Shown: in pieces, positions 24,867 through 38,100 of the stretch
How positions within the stretch are numbered: the first letter of the stretch is position 1
Layout: every line of letters begins with the position of its first letter
Assembly: GCF_023055435.1 (NCBI RefSeq)
Contig: NW_025964383.1
Coordinates: 34,100,001-34,164,000, forward strand
Source: Haliotis rufescens
Lineage: Eukaryota
Direction of reading: 5' to 3'
DNA length: 64,000 nucleotides
The notes under the pieces: model-generated
Seen by the model: only the letters and a program-made list of their open reading frames with translations
Told to the model about the DNA's origin: nothing
The model's database searches: none
Program-made: the position numbers and the translations under genes

Positions 24867-27800
24867 GAACGCCTGCGTCTTGCCACGGCCATGCCTGGTA
24901 AGCTTGAAGGATGTTATACCACGTGACGCGCATTTACATTCCCCTTTCCGTGTTGTGATCCTTCGGAAAGTCACTTGACAATTCCGAATGCAATCCTGTG
25001 TTATGAGCACAAAATTGATGGTGATTTATAATAACCCCCAAAATGCAGCATTAACCAGCCAACAAACATCACTTGCAATTTCCTGTGATTTTAAGTACTG
25101 ACCGCATATGTAGTGACTGCTTGTCGATGTCATATGTCGTCCATTTGATTGTGTTCCGTATTTTCTTATTACTATTTTTTGGATGAGAATGCTGAGCTGC
25201 ATTCTTCGGGAATAAACATTTCCGTAACAAATGCTGAGCTGTATAATTAAAATTATCGATGTCCAAGTGATTACCTAATGCTTTTAGTACATATATTGTT
25301 CATATTCATCCTATATCAATTCCCAATTCCAGTGTAATATGTATTTCTTTAATTGTTCTCTTCCACAGGAACATTTAGGACTATATCAAATATTTCCCAC
25401 GGGGAAATTATCTTCATCCAAGAAGAGCACCCCTGAGCTTAATGTAGATGACCTGTATTAATTTTATCGGGCTATTGTTGAAACATGATACAAAATTAAA
25501 TTTGAACAGCATTTCTTACAAGGCACACCTGTCATCTCGATGTGGGAATAAAGCGACAAAACCCTTTCTACATCCAATAGAAATTGGTAAAAGTCGATTG
25601 TACAATTCCGACTACATCATGAGCCTGTGTTTATGAATCACTATCAAATAGTCCTGATACCAGGTTTTCGCGAAAGAAGCCCATTTCTAGGGTGAAAGTG
25701 GGTATGTTGACGACAGGAGAGGTACCAACGTAATTTCTAACCCGTAATCGGCGGATCGGGACTGTCAAGGGACGCAACCCTGCACAACAATTTTCAGCTC
25801 TTGTCATCACTGGACCACACATGTTCATTTAGAAAAATAGGCGTGATTCCAGTGGCGTGATTGACAGAAGACGTTGAACATGAAAAATGAGTTTCTATAA
25901 AATAACATCGTCAATAAAACTTACTTTTTCCATTGCTGGGACGTTGAACTGTTTCACATCTGCCAACATAACATCCTGCCCTGGAGACACATCACATCGG
26001 AGTTGCTGCGACGAGAAGGCAACAGTATCGCAACCCCTGATGCTCTGACAGCTATGTATGCATAACTTGATACCCTTAGGGCCAGGTAAGGGTTTCCCTG
26101 CTGATATTTGTATGTTTGTAGCGATACAAAGGAAATACCGAATGACAAGAACGACTCGCGCCATCACTGGGTGTCAATACAATAACACTTTTAATAGCGT
26201 CCAAGACATTTAACTGTAACCTGGTAGGTTGAGCTTCGATAAATCAATCCACATATATCGATCATTTTGTGTGCGAGTCATACATATTCAGCACCAAGAC
26301 TCACCACATATTGACGTCAGGCACGACATCTTAAAACGTTCGGATTGTGTGAACAAACTGTGTCTGTTAACCTGTTTGAGAGGATTGGTTTTTTTTCTAA
26401 AAATTGGCAAATGTGTTGGAATAATTGGAGAAACCAATTAGAGACGCAGGCTAAAAAGTATTCTCCTTTGGTGAAACCCACAGGCATTCGAGACGACTAT
26501 CAGTAGATCCCTGTACGACCATAGGTCTCTAGTCCGCCACCGATGCCGCCTAAAATACACGTACACATGGGATTTAAGATGTTATCCAGGAGACCATCAG
26601 ATACAATTGGGATCACGAAAACGTACATACCTACATTAAAAAGACATATCATGATGTTGTTCTCAAATACTGGGTGTGTGAATTGTGTGATTTTACGCCG
26701 CTTTTAACAATCTTTCAGCAATATCATGGCGGGGCACACCAGAAATGTTTTACACATTCGAACCCGAGCCTTTGGCGTGACATGTGAATAAAGACACTAG
26801 GCCACCTCAGCGTACTTAATCATACATTACGTGTAGGCTGTTTTACGACGCAGTCAGCAATATGTCTGCAGTATCACAGAGGCCCATAAATCAGCGATCC
26901 AGGCAAACCAAAGGAGGATAGCATGATCAGCTATTAACTATCACCGCCAGTGTATGATGACAAGGACTCAGATCACAAATTGGATACAGAGGACCTTATT
27001 TGTCATGGAATCCCAAAGGGGGCTAAAACAATCACCCAGCTCAAACATTGGAAACAGATCGAAATCACACAAACATTTTTGAAAAGTAACTACAAAACAT
27101 GTATTCCGAATAGAGTCATTTGTTTAATATCTGCCGACAACAAATTGTGAATTACAACCACAAAAATACATCCCGGCTATGAAGTTGAAATACATGCAAG
27201 TCAGTATCTGAACACACTTCAACACTGACTATCAATTTCAGTATAATGAACAAAAAGCGTCAGTTAACAGGACCCCTCACGGAATAGAGTAATCAAATAA
27301 ATCTGCACCATGCATTTTTAAATATTCAAAACAGAACACGAAACCGCTTATTATTGATGAATGATGCTTGAAAAAGATCAAAATCGTATTCATACATGTT
27401 TGATGTTAATGTAATAACTTGAATTTTCATTTTTTTTTAATAGTGGAACGTGTTTCTATGTGCACTGTATACATCTGTACTATTCCCGAACAATCGTCCT
27501 GCTAATTGGAATTGTTGATAGATCGCGATAACAACAACTTATTTCCTACAACTCATCGATACTGGAAAGTGTGCGTACTTTAGGGGAAATTGTTACAATG
27601 ATAAAACGATAAATGTCCACGTTCGTGCGCTTAACTCTAAATAGGCTAGTGGTTATTTAACGTCAGCTCGTCATGACAAAGCACATGGCTTGACCCCCCA
27701 AAATGAGATCAGTGTTTATTTGTATGAAGTATTTCGTACAATGCCCATGATCGCCCGACTCCCCGAGGCAAGAGTGTAAATGAAGAGTGGAAACTGGACT

Positions 27801-28285
27801 TTTAAAGTCAGTTAACTCTCTTGCCTAGGGACGATGATGCTCGTTCTCAGTAAGTACATATTGTAACGACTTATGCATTGACATTAATGTGCATTTAAAA
27901 GTCAAATCACTCACGTAACTCTACAAGGAATCCACGGACCCCAGAAATAACCATTCTGCTGGTGATTTGCACTGAACAAATACATTGTACATGGTGATTT
28001 AGTGAACTTAATCTTTACCTTAATTTAACATTTAATACTAAATAGACGTTATATTATGCATCGACGCGATATACTACATCAAACCATGTTGCCGTAAGAG
28101 GCGACTATGCTTGTCGTAAGAGACGGCAAACGGGATCGGGTGGTCAGGCTCTTCACATTAATTTAACAGTACATCGACGTAATATATTACATCGACGTTA
28201 TATCGACGTTGTATAATGCATCGACCTTGTACACTACATCGACACTATATACTAAATCGACGTTATATTATACATCGACCTTATC

Positions 28286-28462
28286 AACCCATGCTTGCCG
28301 TAAAAGGCGATTATGCTTGTCGAAAGAGACAACTAACAGGATCGGGTGGGCAAGCTCGCTAGTTGATGCATGTCATCGTATCTCAAATGCGTGGATAGAT
28401 GCTCATGATGTCAGTCACAAGATTGTCTGGACCAGACAGACCGCCGTACAGACCGCCGTCAT
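28286..28462 (+). mobile_element. SINE family A fragment (a second fragment lies at about 28085-28150)
   Basis: CCCATGCTTGCCGTAAAAGGCGA..GGATCGGGTGG..ACAGACCGCCGTCAT, cut off where the LINE begins. Confidence 0.7.
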
Positions 28463-28469
28463 CACCGTG

Positions 28470-31400
28470 AAATGTTATCTGGTGGAATTGCAGTTTGCAT
28501 AAAACATTGTTTGGCGGGATACTTCGAGAGAGTTTATTCCCATTGTGATAATGTTATCATTTTCAGGTTTGTGAATGCTGAAAGTCCAATACACGTTTTC
28601 ATTGCTTTTGTCTATATTCATCCTGAATCATCTCCGTTCTACAATAAGTGTGCAGAAAATGGTACAGATAGATTGGAAAATCAGTTAGTACATATCAAAC
28701 ATGATTATGATGAGTCCTGTAAATTCATCTTATGTGGTGATTTTAATGGAAGAACGAGGTGTGACCGGGATTTTATCCTTGATGATGATGGGAAATATTT
28801 ACCAATCGATCCACACTATGTTAGAAATAATTTTTCAGTTACAAGAAGTGTTCATGACTATAAAACAAATAAGTATGGTGGAGCTTAACTGGACTTGTGT
28901 AAATTAATGGGTATACATATTGAAAATGGGAGAGCCTCATTGGATATCCCGAGTAACTTCACTTTTGTGTCACATACAGGATGCAGTACTGTATATTATT
29001 ACATAGTTTCCAGTGATCTTTTCCCAAATGTCATTGATATGTCAGTTATCCAGCGTACAGATTCGTATCACATGCCCGTCAAATGTACAATAAAAATGTT
29101 ATATACAATCAAGTAATGGAATCACCAGAAACCACAGATGGTTTAGTGGAGACTGTTCCAAGATACATTCTACCAGTTGAAAACTTTGGGTCATATTTAC
29201 AATGTATTCAGAATACTACAAGTCAGATTATCTATGAACAATTATCAGTGATATTAGATGCTAACATTAACAAAGCTGTTGACAAACTATCTGAAATTAT
29301 GTTTAACAGTGATCTAAATGGAGGAGCTCATGATACAGCATCTAAGCAAACTAGAAGATCACAACCTCCTTGGTTTGATGAAGACAGTGTTCAATTCAAA
29401 TCAGAGAAATATAGACTACTAAACAAGAAAATATAACTGTGCGCTAAATTGGCAAAAATACATTGAAGTAAAGGCAGATTTTAATAAAATGAGTGATGAG
29501 ATAAATGCAGCAGCAAAGGATAATGACTGCAGGAAATTCTGGGATACAATGAAACGTGTTCTACAAAACAAGAACTCCAGTAATACAATATCACCTGACG
29601 TTTGGGCAACCCGTTTTAAAAAAATATTGAAACCTGCAACTACAGAAGATCATTCTGAATTTAATCATTCAGGTTTCACAATTCCTTGATAACCATTCTT
29701 GTGAAAATTGTAGTATATTTTTAGTAATGATTTATCAGACGAAATCACTGCATACGAGATAGAAGAAGCCATTTCCAATCTAAAACTCGACAAAGCACCT
29801 GGAGAGGACGGATTACCTTCAGCGTTTTTTAAGTGTGCGGGACTGATTCTCCTTTTTGAAATCACTATTGACAAAGTATAAGTTACAGGTATTTTCCCTT
29901 CTTCGCGGAACTTAGGTATGATTATCCCGTTATACAAATCTGGAAAAAAGGCGGACCCAAATAATTACAGAGGTATTTATGTTACTGTCAAGTTATTCAC
30001 TTTTGTGTCAGAAAGAAGGTTGAGAACATGGATGGAAATTAATGATTATATATCGGAATCTCAAGCTGGTTTTCTACCATAGATGATATGCACATTTTAC
30101 AGTCATTGTGCTCGAAATATATATGCAAACCGAAGGGACGTTTTTACTGTGCTTTCGTTGATTTTAAGAAAGCCTTCGATTTTGTTGATAGGCAAAATTT
30201 ACTGTATCTACTTATAATCAAGGGTTCTCATGAGAAAATGTTTAATGTTCGGCAAAGTATGTATTCATCAGTAAAAGCATGTATAATGACTCACAAGAGA
30301 AAAACAGATTTTTTTCAACATCCCGAGGTGTGAGACGGTTGTATTTTGAGTCCTGTTTTGTTCATTTTCTTTATCAATGAACTTGTTATTTAAATTCATG
30401 AACAATGTAATTATGGTATAATTGTACATGAAGATATTGTTGAAATTATGATGCTATTGTTTGCTGATGATATTGTAATGTTGTCATTTGCAGTAAGCGG
30501 TTTACAAAAACAATTAAATGTATTACAATCATTTTGTTTGAAATGTGGACTGGAGCTTAATTTAAATAAAACAAACATAATGGTCTATAGAAATGATGGC
30601 ATTGTTGCTAAAAGGGAATAGCGGACTCATGAAATGCTTCGGTCAAGGTTGTATCTCACTACAAATATTTGGGTATCATGTTTTCTTCTAAATTAATGTG
30701 GTCAGTAGCATGTAAACAACTTGCTATTCAAGTTTGAAAAGCATGTATGCCTGTGTATAATTTGCTTAAACAAAAGAAGTATCATTTTCAACAGCATGCA
30801 ATATTTTTTATTGTAAAATTGCACCAATATTACTATATGGTTCGGAAATATGGGGAACAAAATATTATGCTGCCATCGAAAATGTACATACCTCATACTT
30901 CAAACGTTTTGTTGGTACTGGTAAATATGCCTCAAATAAAGCAATTCTTGGTGAAACTGGACGCTGCAATATGTTTGTGCATTGGGATATTTAAGCAGCG
31001 AGTGAAAGATATATTTGCACAAAACTGGAACGAAACTGTTTCATCTTCGCATTATCTTAGCAATTACATGTAAAGTAATTTATCTGTCTTACCAGACAAG
31101 TCATTAATAAGATCGTTTTGTAAATTTAGAATCCCATTACATAATTTTGATGTAAATATGTGTCGTAATCTAAAGATATTAATGCTGTTAACAGTGTTTG
31201 TACCAATTTTGACAGAGGTGAAATTGAAGATGAATTCCATGTCTTATTTAAGTGTAACACGTATAAAGTTAAGATCTACATATCTACCCTTCTTGAATAA
31301 TGACTACAAATCTGAAATGCTAATGATCAATATTATCAACACACATAATAAACATGTTATCTTTTCAGTGGCTACTTATATAAAGCATGCTTTTTCTATC

Positions 31401-31519
31401 AGATTCAAGAAGATGTAATTTCTGTATATGCACGTGACATCATATTATGAGATAGTATCAATTGTACTTTAGGCCATAAGGCCATAATACTGAATAAACC
31501 TGTCTGTCTGTCTGTCTGT
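28470..31519 (+). mobile_element. Decayed non-LTR retrotransposon (LINE) ORF2: APE endonuclease + reverse transcriptase
   Basis: APE motifs (FVYIHPESS, LCGDFNGRT, GCSTVYY, RTDSYHMPV) and RT motifs (KAPGEDG, DPNNYRGI, CAFVDFKKAFDFVDR, GCILSPVLF, LLFADD, YKYLGI); many frameshifts; ends AATAAA (31493-31498) + (CTGT)n. Confidence 0.9.
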
Positions 31520-31849
31520 TTTCAAACGATCGGTCGCTGATACAACAATTAACTCTATATAAGATCGATTACGTATTTATAATAGGTCCGAAACTGAGCA
31601 GTGGATGCATACATATATGATTTTCGATGAAGAATTTTCGTTACTTGTTTTGTTTTGAGATTTGGTGGTCGGGGTTTGTGATTTGTTGGATTGCTTATTA
31701 TCTTGCCCCTATAGCATACATTGGAGATCAGGGTTTCGATAACTGTTTTGCTTTGTCATGACATGATACAGCTAGGAACTTTGCTGACTGTCGCGTTACA
31801 CAACTTTTTCTCACACACTCCTAATCATGGCTCCACTTCAATCCATAAT

Positions 31850-32123
31850 GGGGAGCACGGTTGGCCCAGTCGTCAACGGCGCTGTGCAGAGTTGCGTCCC
31901 TTGGGCACGCCAGAAACCTATTAATGTAGGTTCGAATCCCAGTTCGCCCCGATTATGTTTCCAGGTTAGTCAGCACCATACCCGTGCTCGTTAGTTTCTC
32001 CGAAGTGGTAAACGTCTGAAACCTGCATCACTTCGGCCTTTCCTCCCACATTAAGCTGACACGCCGTGATATAACTGGAATACTATTAAAAGCGGCGTTA
32101 AACCCAACTCACTCACTCACTCA
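31850..32123 (+). mobile_element. SINE family B copy
   Basis: Colinear with the other B copies, with a small deletion in the head. Confidence 0.85.
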
Positions 32124-32129
32124 TTCTAA

Positions 32130-32450
32130 TCGAGAAAACCTGATTATCAATAACATACAAGAGACAGAAACCCAAATTGAATCAAATTTCGAAAAATGTC
32201 AGGAGAGCTTCTCAGAAACTTTATATCGTCAGACTTACAAATGGATTGCACAATTAAATTCAAACCCGTTCATCGCATTGGCCGACCACGAACACCAGCT
32301 AACCCAGGAGACCGTACCCGACCACGCGCCAAAAACATCTGAGACAGATGCAGCGAAAAACGGAAGGGAGGACTTTGAGAGTATTCAGGAGCAGTTCCCG
32401 GAGGAGGTAAACTCCTATATACGGGAGGTACTCGTGCCACTGCTCACACA
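32130..32450 (+). mobile_element. LINE ORF1-like fragment
   Basis: Translates as RENLIINNIQETE..FKPVHRIGRPR..IQEQFPEEV, resembling the L1/CR1 ORF1 RRM region; frameshifted. Confidence 0.5.
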
Positions 32451-32614
32451 ATAATCTTCAAAATGTAGCTCCTCCCCTATGTAGGGCCCAACAGACACGT
32501 GTGAATCAGTCACAGTAACCCCTTCAGAGATGCGAGGATGGTCAAAAGTCTACACTACATGTAGGTAGGACAGAAACACCAACACTGTTTACTTGGGAAG
32601 ATGTATGTGTTAAA

Positions 32615-32798
32615 GTGAGTGAGTGAGTGAGTGAGTGAGTGAGTGAGTTTGATTTTACCCCGTTTTTAGCAATATTCAAGCAAAATCACAACGGGGAACA
32701 CCGGAAATGGACTTCACACATTGTACCCATGTCGGGAATCGAACCCGGGTCTTCGGCGTGACGTGCGATCGCTTTAACCACAAGGTTACCCGACCGCC
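32615..32798 (-). mobile_element. SINE family C copy
   Basis: Colinear with 5273-5436; long (GAGT)n tail. Confidence 0.85.
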
Positions 32799-33025
32799 TT
32801 TATTTGTTTAAGTAAGTGAGTCTAAATATGGCAGTTGTAAAATATCCTGTAACAGTAAACATCCTCTTTTAATCCCCAATAAACACTGACGTTCTTCAAA
32901 TTGTTTCTGATATCACCATTGCAAATGCTTCAATCACTGATAAGCCTAAAGATGCTGAAGTAAATATGTCATGGAATCCCAATATAAACACACAATATAT
33001 AAATATATATGTTATAAATATACAA

Positions 33026-33274
33026 CCGCGATTCGCTGTGCAGAGTTGCGTCCCTTGGGCACGCCAGAAACTTGTGATTGTGGGTTCGAATCCCGGTTCG
33101 CCCCGATTATGTTTCTAGGTTTGTCAGCACCATACCCGTGCTCGTGGGTTTCACCGAAGTGGTTAACGTCTGAGACCTGCATCACTTCGGGCTTTCCTCC
33201 CTCATTTAGCTGACACGCCGCGATATAACTGGAATACTGTTAAAAGCGGCGTTAAACCAAACTCACTCACTCAC
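33026..33274 (+). mobile_element. SINE family B, 5'-truncated copy
   Basis: Perfect 14-bp TSD TATAAATATACAAC on both sides. Confidence 0.9.
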
Positions 33275-33662
33275 TATAAATATACAACATTCCTTTCTCA
33301 GATAGGCCTGACAATGATGACATTTAAATGGCTTATGTACACTTAATGTAAATACAGATACTTGGTTTTGAAGATACTCCTAAAAGTGTTGACAACGTAT
33401 TTGATTACTTGATTGCTCCAGTGTTTTTTGGATAACAACAACTGTATCACTGCTGCTGCTGCTGCTATCCATAAAAAATTTGTGTCTAACTGTATCACAG
33501 ATGGTAAAAACAACATATGTCGAAGTAAATGGTCAGATTGCACCAGATATCAAACAAAGAAGTTCATGCGGGGCATTAACAATGATGTTCATACCACATG
33601 TAAGCTAAACAAAAAGTCTGAAAGAAATATTCAATTTGACCCTGATGTATATATATATATTA

Positions 33663-33846
33663 CAGTAAACTACGGTTATGACGAACTCGAGAAGAACACT
33701 AATTTTAGTACGTAACAACCGTAGTTCGTTATAAGCATACGTAGTTCGTCATACAGCATGTACACAACAAATGGTCGGGACTAAAACAAAGTTCGTTATA
33801 TCGGTCAGTTCGTTATAAGCGTGTTCGTAATAAGCGTAGTTTACTG
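33663..33846. mobile_element. Tc1/mariner-superfamily (pogo/Tigger-like) MITE
   Basis: 24-bp TIRs CAGTAAACTACG(G/C)TTAT(G/T)ACGAAC with TA on both flanks. Confidence 0.85.
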
Positions 33847-34234
33847 TAGTTAATTCAAAATGAAACACAAATCATGCTCACAATGTATCTGATAGTCTGA
33901 ATACCATAGATCACACTTTGTCTAAAATAACCCACAGAAAGAAAGGTAAATGTACTGAGCATGGCAAAGGAAAACACAGATGGTGCTCACAATGTTTATG
34001 ATACAATGGACTTGGTAAAAATCTAAAATAACCATGTTTCCTCAGATAAGGAAAACAATTCGCTGATGTAAATATATTCACTCAAACATATACAAACACA
34101 GAAGCACCATATAGCATTGATGTCAGATATGTCTTATTTATTTTTTCAGGAAGCAAAGATTTAATATAAAACAAAGGAAAATATATTTCTACATCATGAT
34201 GTAAATGCCGTAAATCATGATTCTGAGTTAACTA

Positions 34235-34362
34235 ATAATTGTGATATTGATGTTAATGTCGTTGATGTTGATGATGGTGATGATGATTATGATGTTATTT
34301 ATGCTGCTGCTGCTGCTGTTGCTGTTGCTGCTGATGCTGATGATGGTGATGATAGTGATGAT
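34235..34362. repeat. Compound (GAT)n/(GCT)n trinucleotide microsatellite
   Basis: Direct reading of the sequence. Confidence 0.85.
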
Positions 34363-34459
34363 CCCATGTACATTGGAGCAGTGCCAATTTACACTTGTCA
34401 GAGGGTTACACACAGTACGTGATACAGACAACCAGCTGTAGGACTTTTATTGTTGTGGA

Positions 34460-34560
34460 AGCCTCGGTGGCTGAGTGGGTTAGATCGCTGACTTTATGTG
34501 CTTGCGATTAGGTGCCTCACACTGGGAGTGTGGGTTCGAATCCATGATGGGTCTCAACCT
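34460..34560 (+). mobile_element. tRNA-derived SINE head of a fifth type
   Basis: GGTGGCTGAGTGGGTTAGA A box and GGGTTCGAATCC B box; no cloverleaf acceptor stem. Confidence 0.5.
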
Positions 34561-35122
34561 AAATAAGTACTAGAGTCTGTACTTTACTAAGAAAGTGTTA
34601 CATCCAGTATAACATTTGTTACAATGTAAATGCTGTAAAACATGGTTCTGAATTGGCTAGTAATTGTGATAATGATATAGTTGCCAATGTTGCAACTAGG
34701 ATGTTGTTGTTGATGATGGCGATGATGATGATGGTAATAACTCTACAATTACCTTAATAATAGTCTTAATATCTTAAGTTTAAATGTATGCGGCCTCAGA
34801 AAGCGATTAGAATATAAGGCAGACATTGATCTAATAACTAAAAGAGAAATAATTGGATTTCAGGAAACAAAAAACAAACAGTTGGATGAGTTAAATATAC
34901 CCGGATATGCCAACCATGCAGCAATATAAATGCTGTTAGCATCATTATTACATTAAAGTGTCTTAATGACCTATCAAGGCATGTTACCATCTTGATCTTC
35001 ATTTAATACATGTTATAATTGAATACATACATATATATATACGTATGATCAAACACATGGTTATTGCCAGTTCATGTCAAAGGTGAAGGGAGTATTGTAC
35101 CTGCAAAATACCCAAATTGGTT

Positions 35123-38100
35123 TCATATATTTTTATCATTCAACAGTTCCTTTTGTTCCGAAGGTGAAACGAGATTCTCTCTAACCTCTGCAACGCCAGT
35201 GAACGCGTTATCACTATACACTTTCAGTTCCGTTAGAGTATCATCCAGAGGACTCAGGGTATTTTTCTTTGGAGTTGAGAGAAAGCCAAACGCAGAGGCC
35301 GAGAACATCATTGCACCTGAAAACCAACAAATACATCAGTATCATGTCCTGCTTCATTTCAGATGGAAACCAGTTTAAGTGAAGATGTACATTCAAATCG
35401 TCTTTATCTGGATGGTACCGTTTCCAGTACAATCGTCCGGAAACTCAAATCAGGACTAACAATTCATGGTAATAGTAATATATGTTTAATTATGAATATG
35501 TTCCGTCCAGAACTAGGAAATTCCGACATAAAGGGTCCAGACAAAAGTGGTTTCAATGTTAAAAGTTTCTGAAATGTATCTTCTTTGAACTAACAGGTTC
35601 TTTTCAAATCTTTAATTGTCACATATTTATAACGATTATATATTCCTAATCTTCAAACCTTCAAATGAATTATACAGATAGATGTTTGTCAAAAGAATAA
35701 TTGGGAGTGCTAATCGCGTTAATTGGCAAGTTAAAATGAACATGTTCTCTGTGTGAAATTGTCCAAGGTGCCACTGAAACATGTACACAGTCAGATCTAG
35801 AGTAAACATAAGTTAATGAGTGAGGGAGAAAAGGCGTTTGGTTTACCGCTTGTTTGAACATTAGGACAGATATATCAGCTTGATGTGGGGGAAAAGATGC
35901 AGGTCTTAGACGTCTACCACTTTGGTGAAACTCACTAGCACGGGTAAAACTGACAAATCTAGAAACATAATCAAGGCGAAGCTTGGACTTTGAAAGCAGG
36001 ATCATAGGTTTCTGGCAGAAGTAATGAACACAACTCATGCCTTTTGACGACTGGTTCACCTGTGCCCAAACACAAATCACGAGGCGTTGGTGTTTCAACC
36101 AATTGATGCAGCATACTAGTTTATTTCTATTCCTTAAAAGTTACACTGTCATGTACACACAACTCATCATATTAGAACAGAGCCTGATATAAGTCAGCCT
36201 GTCGCTAAGGTGCAGCCTGTGATAATGTACAGGCTAAAGGAAATAATTAATGTAATGTTTAACGTCATGTATATTCTCTCGCGGGAACATTTCATGACAT
36301 GTGGCTGAATGACTTCTTTTGTACATAATGGGCTGTTTAACACATTCAAAGTACATCGCACACTTATCAACCATCAAAGATTAGTGTTTGTTATTAAGTA
36401 TCCGGAATATTCCAGCAACGGAACAGGCGATTCGAAACTGGCAAATCAGGGATTGATATTATTGTATTAATGTTGTGCTATTTAATGTAGTCAGTGGAAT
36501 CAAGAATTAATGCAAAGTTGTTGTTTTTTACCAAATCTGAAACAATTTCGATTTCCAACAGATAAAAGACTCCCCGTAAGCGTTCAAATGGTTTAATTTG
36601 CCATACTGACTTCAGAAAATGCGTGATTTCGTAAAAAACCTGAACATGCTAAAATGTCAATTTACAAATCAATAGCGTGTGTGTCCACCTCTGGTTGCGA
36701 TGCAAACAACACATCTTCGTCTCATGGTATGGGCCAGGCGTCGCACAAAGTCTTGTGGGATATCTGTCCATATCTGCTAGAGCATGTTTCGAAGTTCCTG
36801 GAGTGTCTTTGGAACACGTGGTTGACGTCGAAGGCGCCGATCCATCTCATCCCACTTGTGCTCGATTGGTGAGAGATCAGGGGAGCGAGCCGGCCAGGAG
36901 ATGACATTCACGTTGGTTTGTTGAAGAGAATCCTGAACAAGTCGGGCAATATGAGGCCGGACGTTGTCATGTTGAAAGGCAATGCCTTGGCCATGACGAC
37001 GCAAAAACGGTCGAACAACAGGGCCGATGATCTCGTCGCGGTAGTGCTGTCCATTGAGATTTCCCTCTACCACTATCAAACGGGTCCTCTGTCTTGCTGT
37101 AATCCCACCCCATACCATAACGGTGCCGCCCCCGAACCGATCTTCTTCCATGACACAATGATTGACGTAACGTTCACCTCGACGTCGGTACACTCGAATC
37201 CGTCCATCGCTGTGGCTGGGGTGAAAACGACACTCGTCAGTGAATAGAACTTGTCCCCACTGCATGGCCGTCCAGCATAGCCGCTGTCTGCACTACTGTA
37301 GACGTGCTTGACGGTGGTTTCCTGTCAAAATGGGACGTCTGGCGGGTCTTCTGGCGACAATCCCTGCACATCTGAGGCGACGACGTACGGTTTGTGAAGA
37401 TATTCGTCGAAGGCCAGGGATACTGTTGCTGGCTGGAATCGATTTTGTAGGTGTGTTGTTCGAATCCAGTTGTCTTATCGATTATTGGTTACGCGTGGCC
37501 TGCCACTCCGAGGATGGTCTCTGACTGCATTACGTTGCAAACGATGCAATAAACACCACATGGTGTTTCTGTGGACGTTAAATGGTCTTGGAACATCACG
37601 TTGACTCGATCCTGTTTCAAGCATACCAATGGCTCACAGACGCTCATTTTCGGACAGGCGTGGCATTTCGTAAATTTGAATAATTGCGTAATTTTGTTGT
37701 TTTCCTAAATGGTTGTTGTCAGCACGATGCTAAACAATGCATATGGAATCCCGTTAACGCACATGTTTTTATACCCATTCTTGGATAGTGAAATGCATGG
37801 GGCTTTCATAAACGTCAACTTTTGCATGGAATGCATGCTTTTTCCGTAGCAGCTGCGTTTAAGTGAATTGATTCCATACATGTACTACAATATTGAAAAA
37901 CAAGCTTTACTTGTTTGAAAAATACACTGAAATATTGGTGTCACAGGAACTTTTGTAGTTGAGTATATAATTAGATGCTCGTGTAATGTGTATAATTCCG
38001 GGGACTGAGATAGAGCGTTAAGTGGAATATTCTATGATGTGATAGCTCTGTATGGAAATTTCGAGAAGCTAGCTAGACTTTGTATAATGGGACAAGAGCG

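Larger units (their letters stand above)
16895..26167 (-). pseudogene. Decayed multi-exon secreted cysteine-rich protein locus (signal peptide + PAN/apple-like, WSC-like and possible beta-propeller exons)
   Basis: 26167-25925 gives a hydrophobic N-terminus then CIHSCQSIRGCDTVAFSSQQLRC ending at AAG|GTAAGT. About 24995-24857 gives DCIRNCQ..GECKC ending at G|GTGAGT. Further exon-like ORFs lie at about 19108-18900, 18286-17900, 17645-17460 and 17100-16895 (CAG|GTACGT). Stops and frameshifts prevent a clean join, so linking them into one gene is inference. Confidence 0.3.

Noticed and set aside
19068-24978. Long Thr/His/Tyr/Pro-rich ORFs (up to 272 aa)
   Set aside because: They are by-products of a stop-poor 16-bp repeat; all three frames give the same peptide, and there is no gene structure.
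34228-34441. Poly-Met/Leu and poly-Ile/Ser ORFs
   Set aside because: Trinucleotide microsatellite translations.
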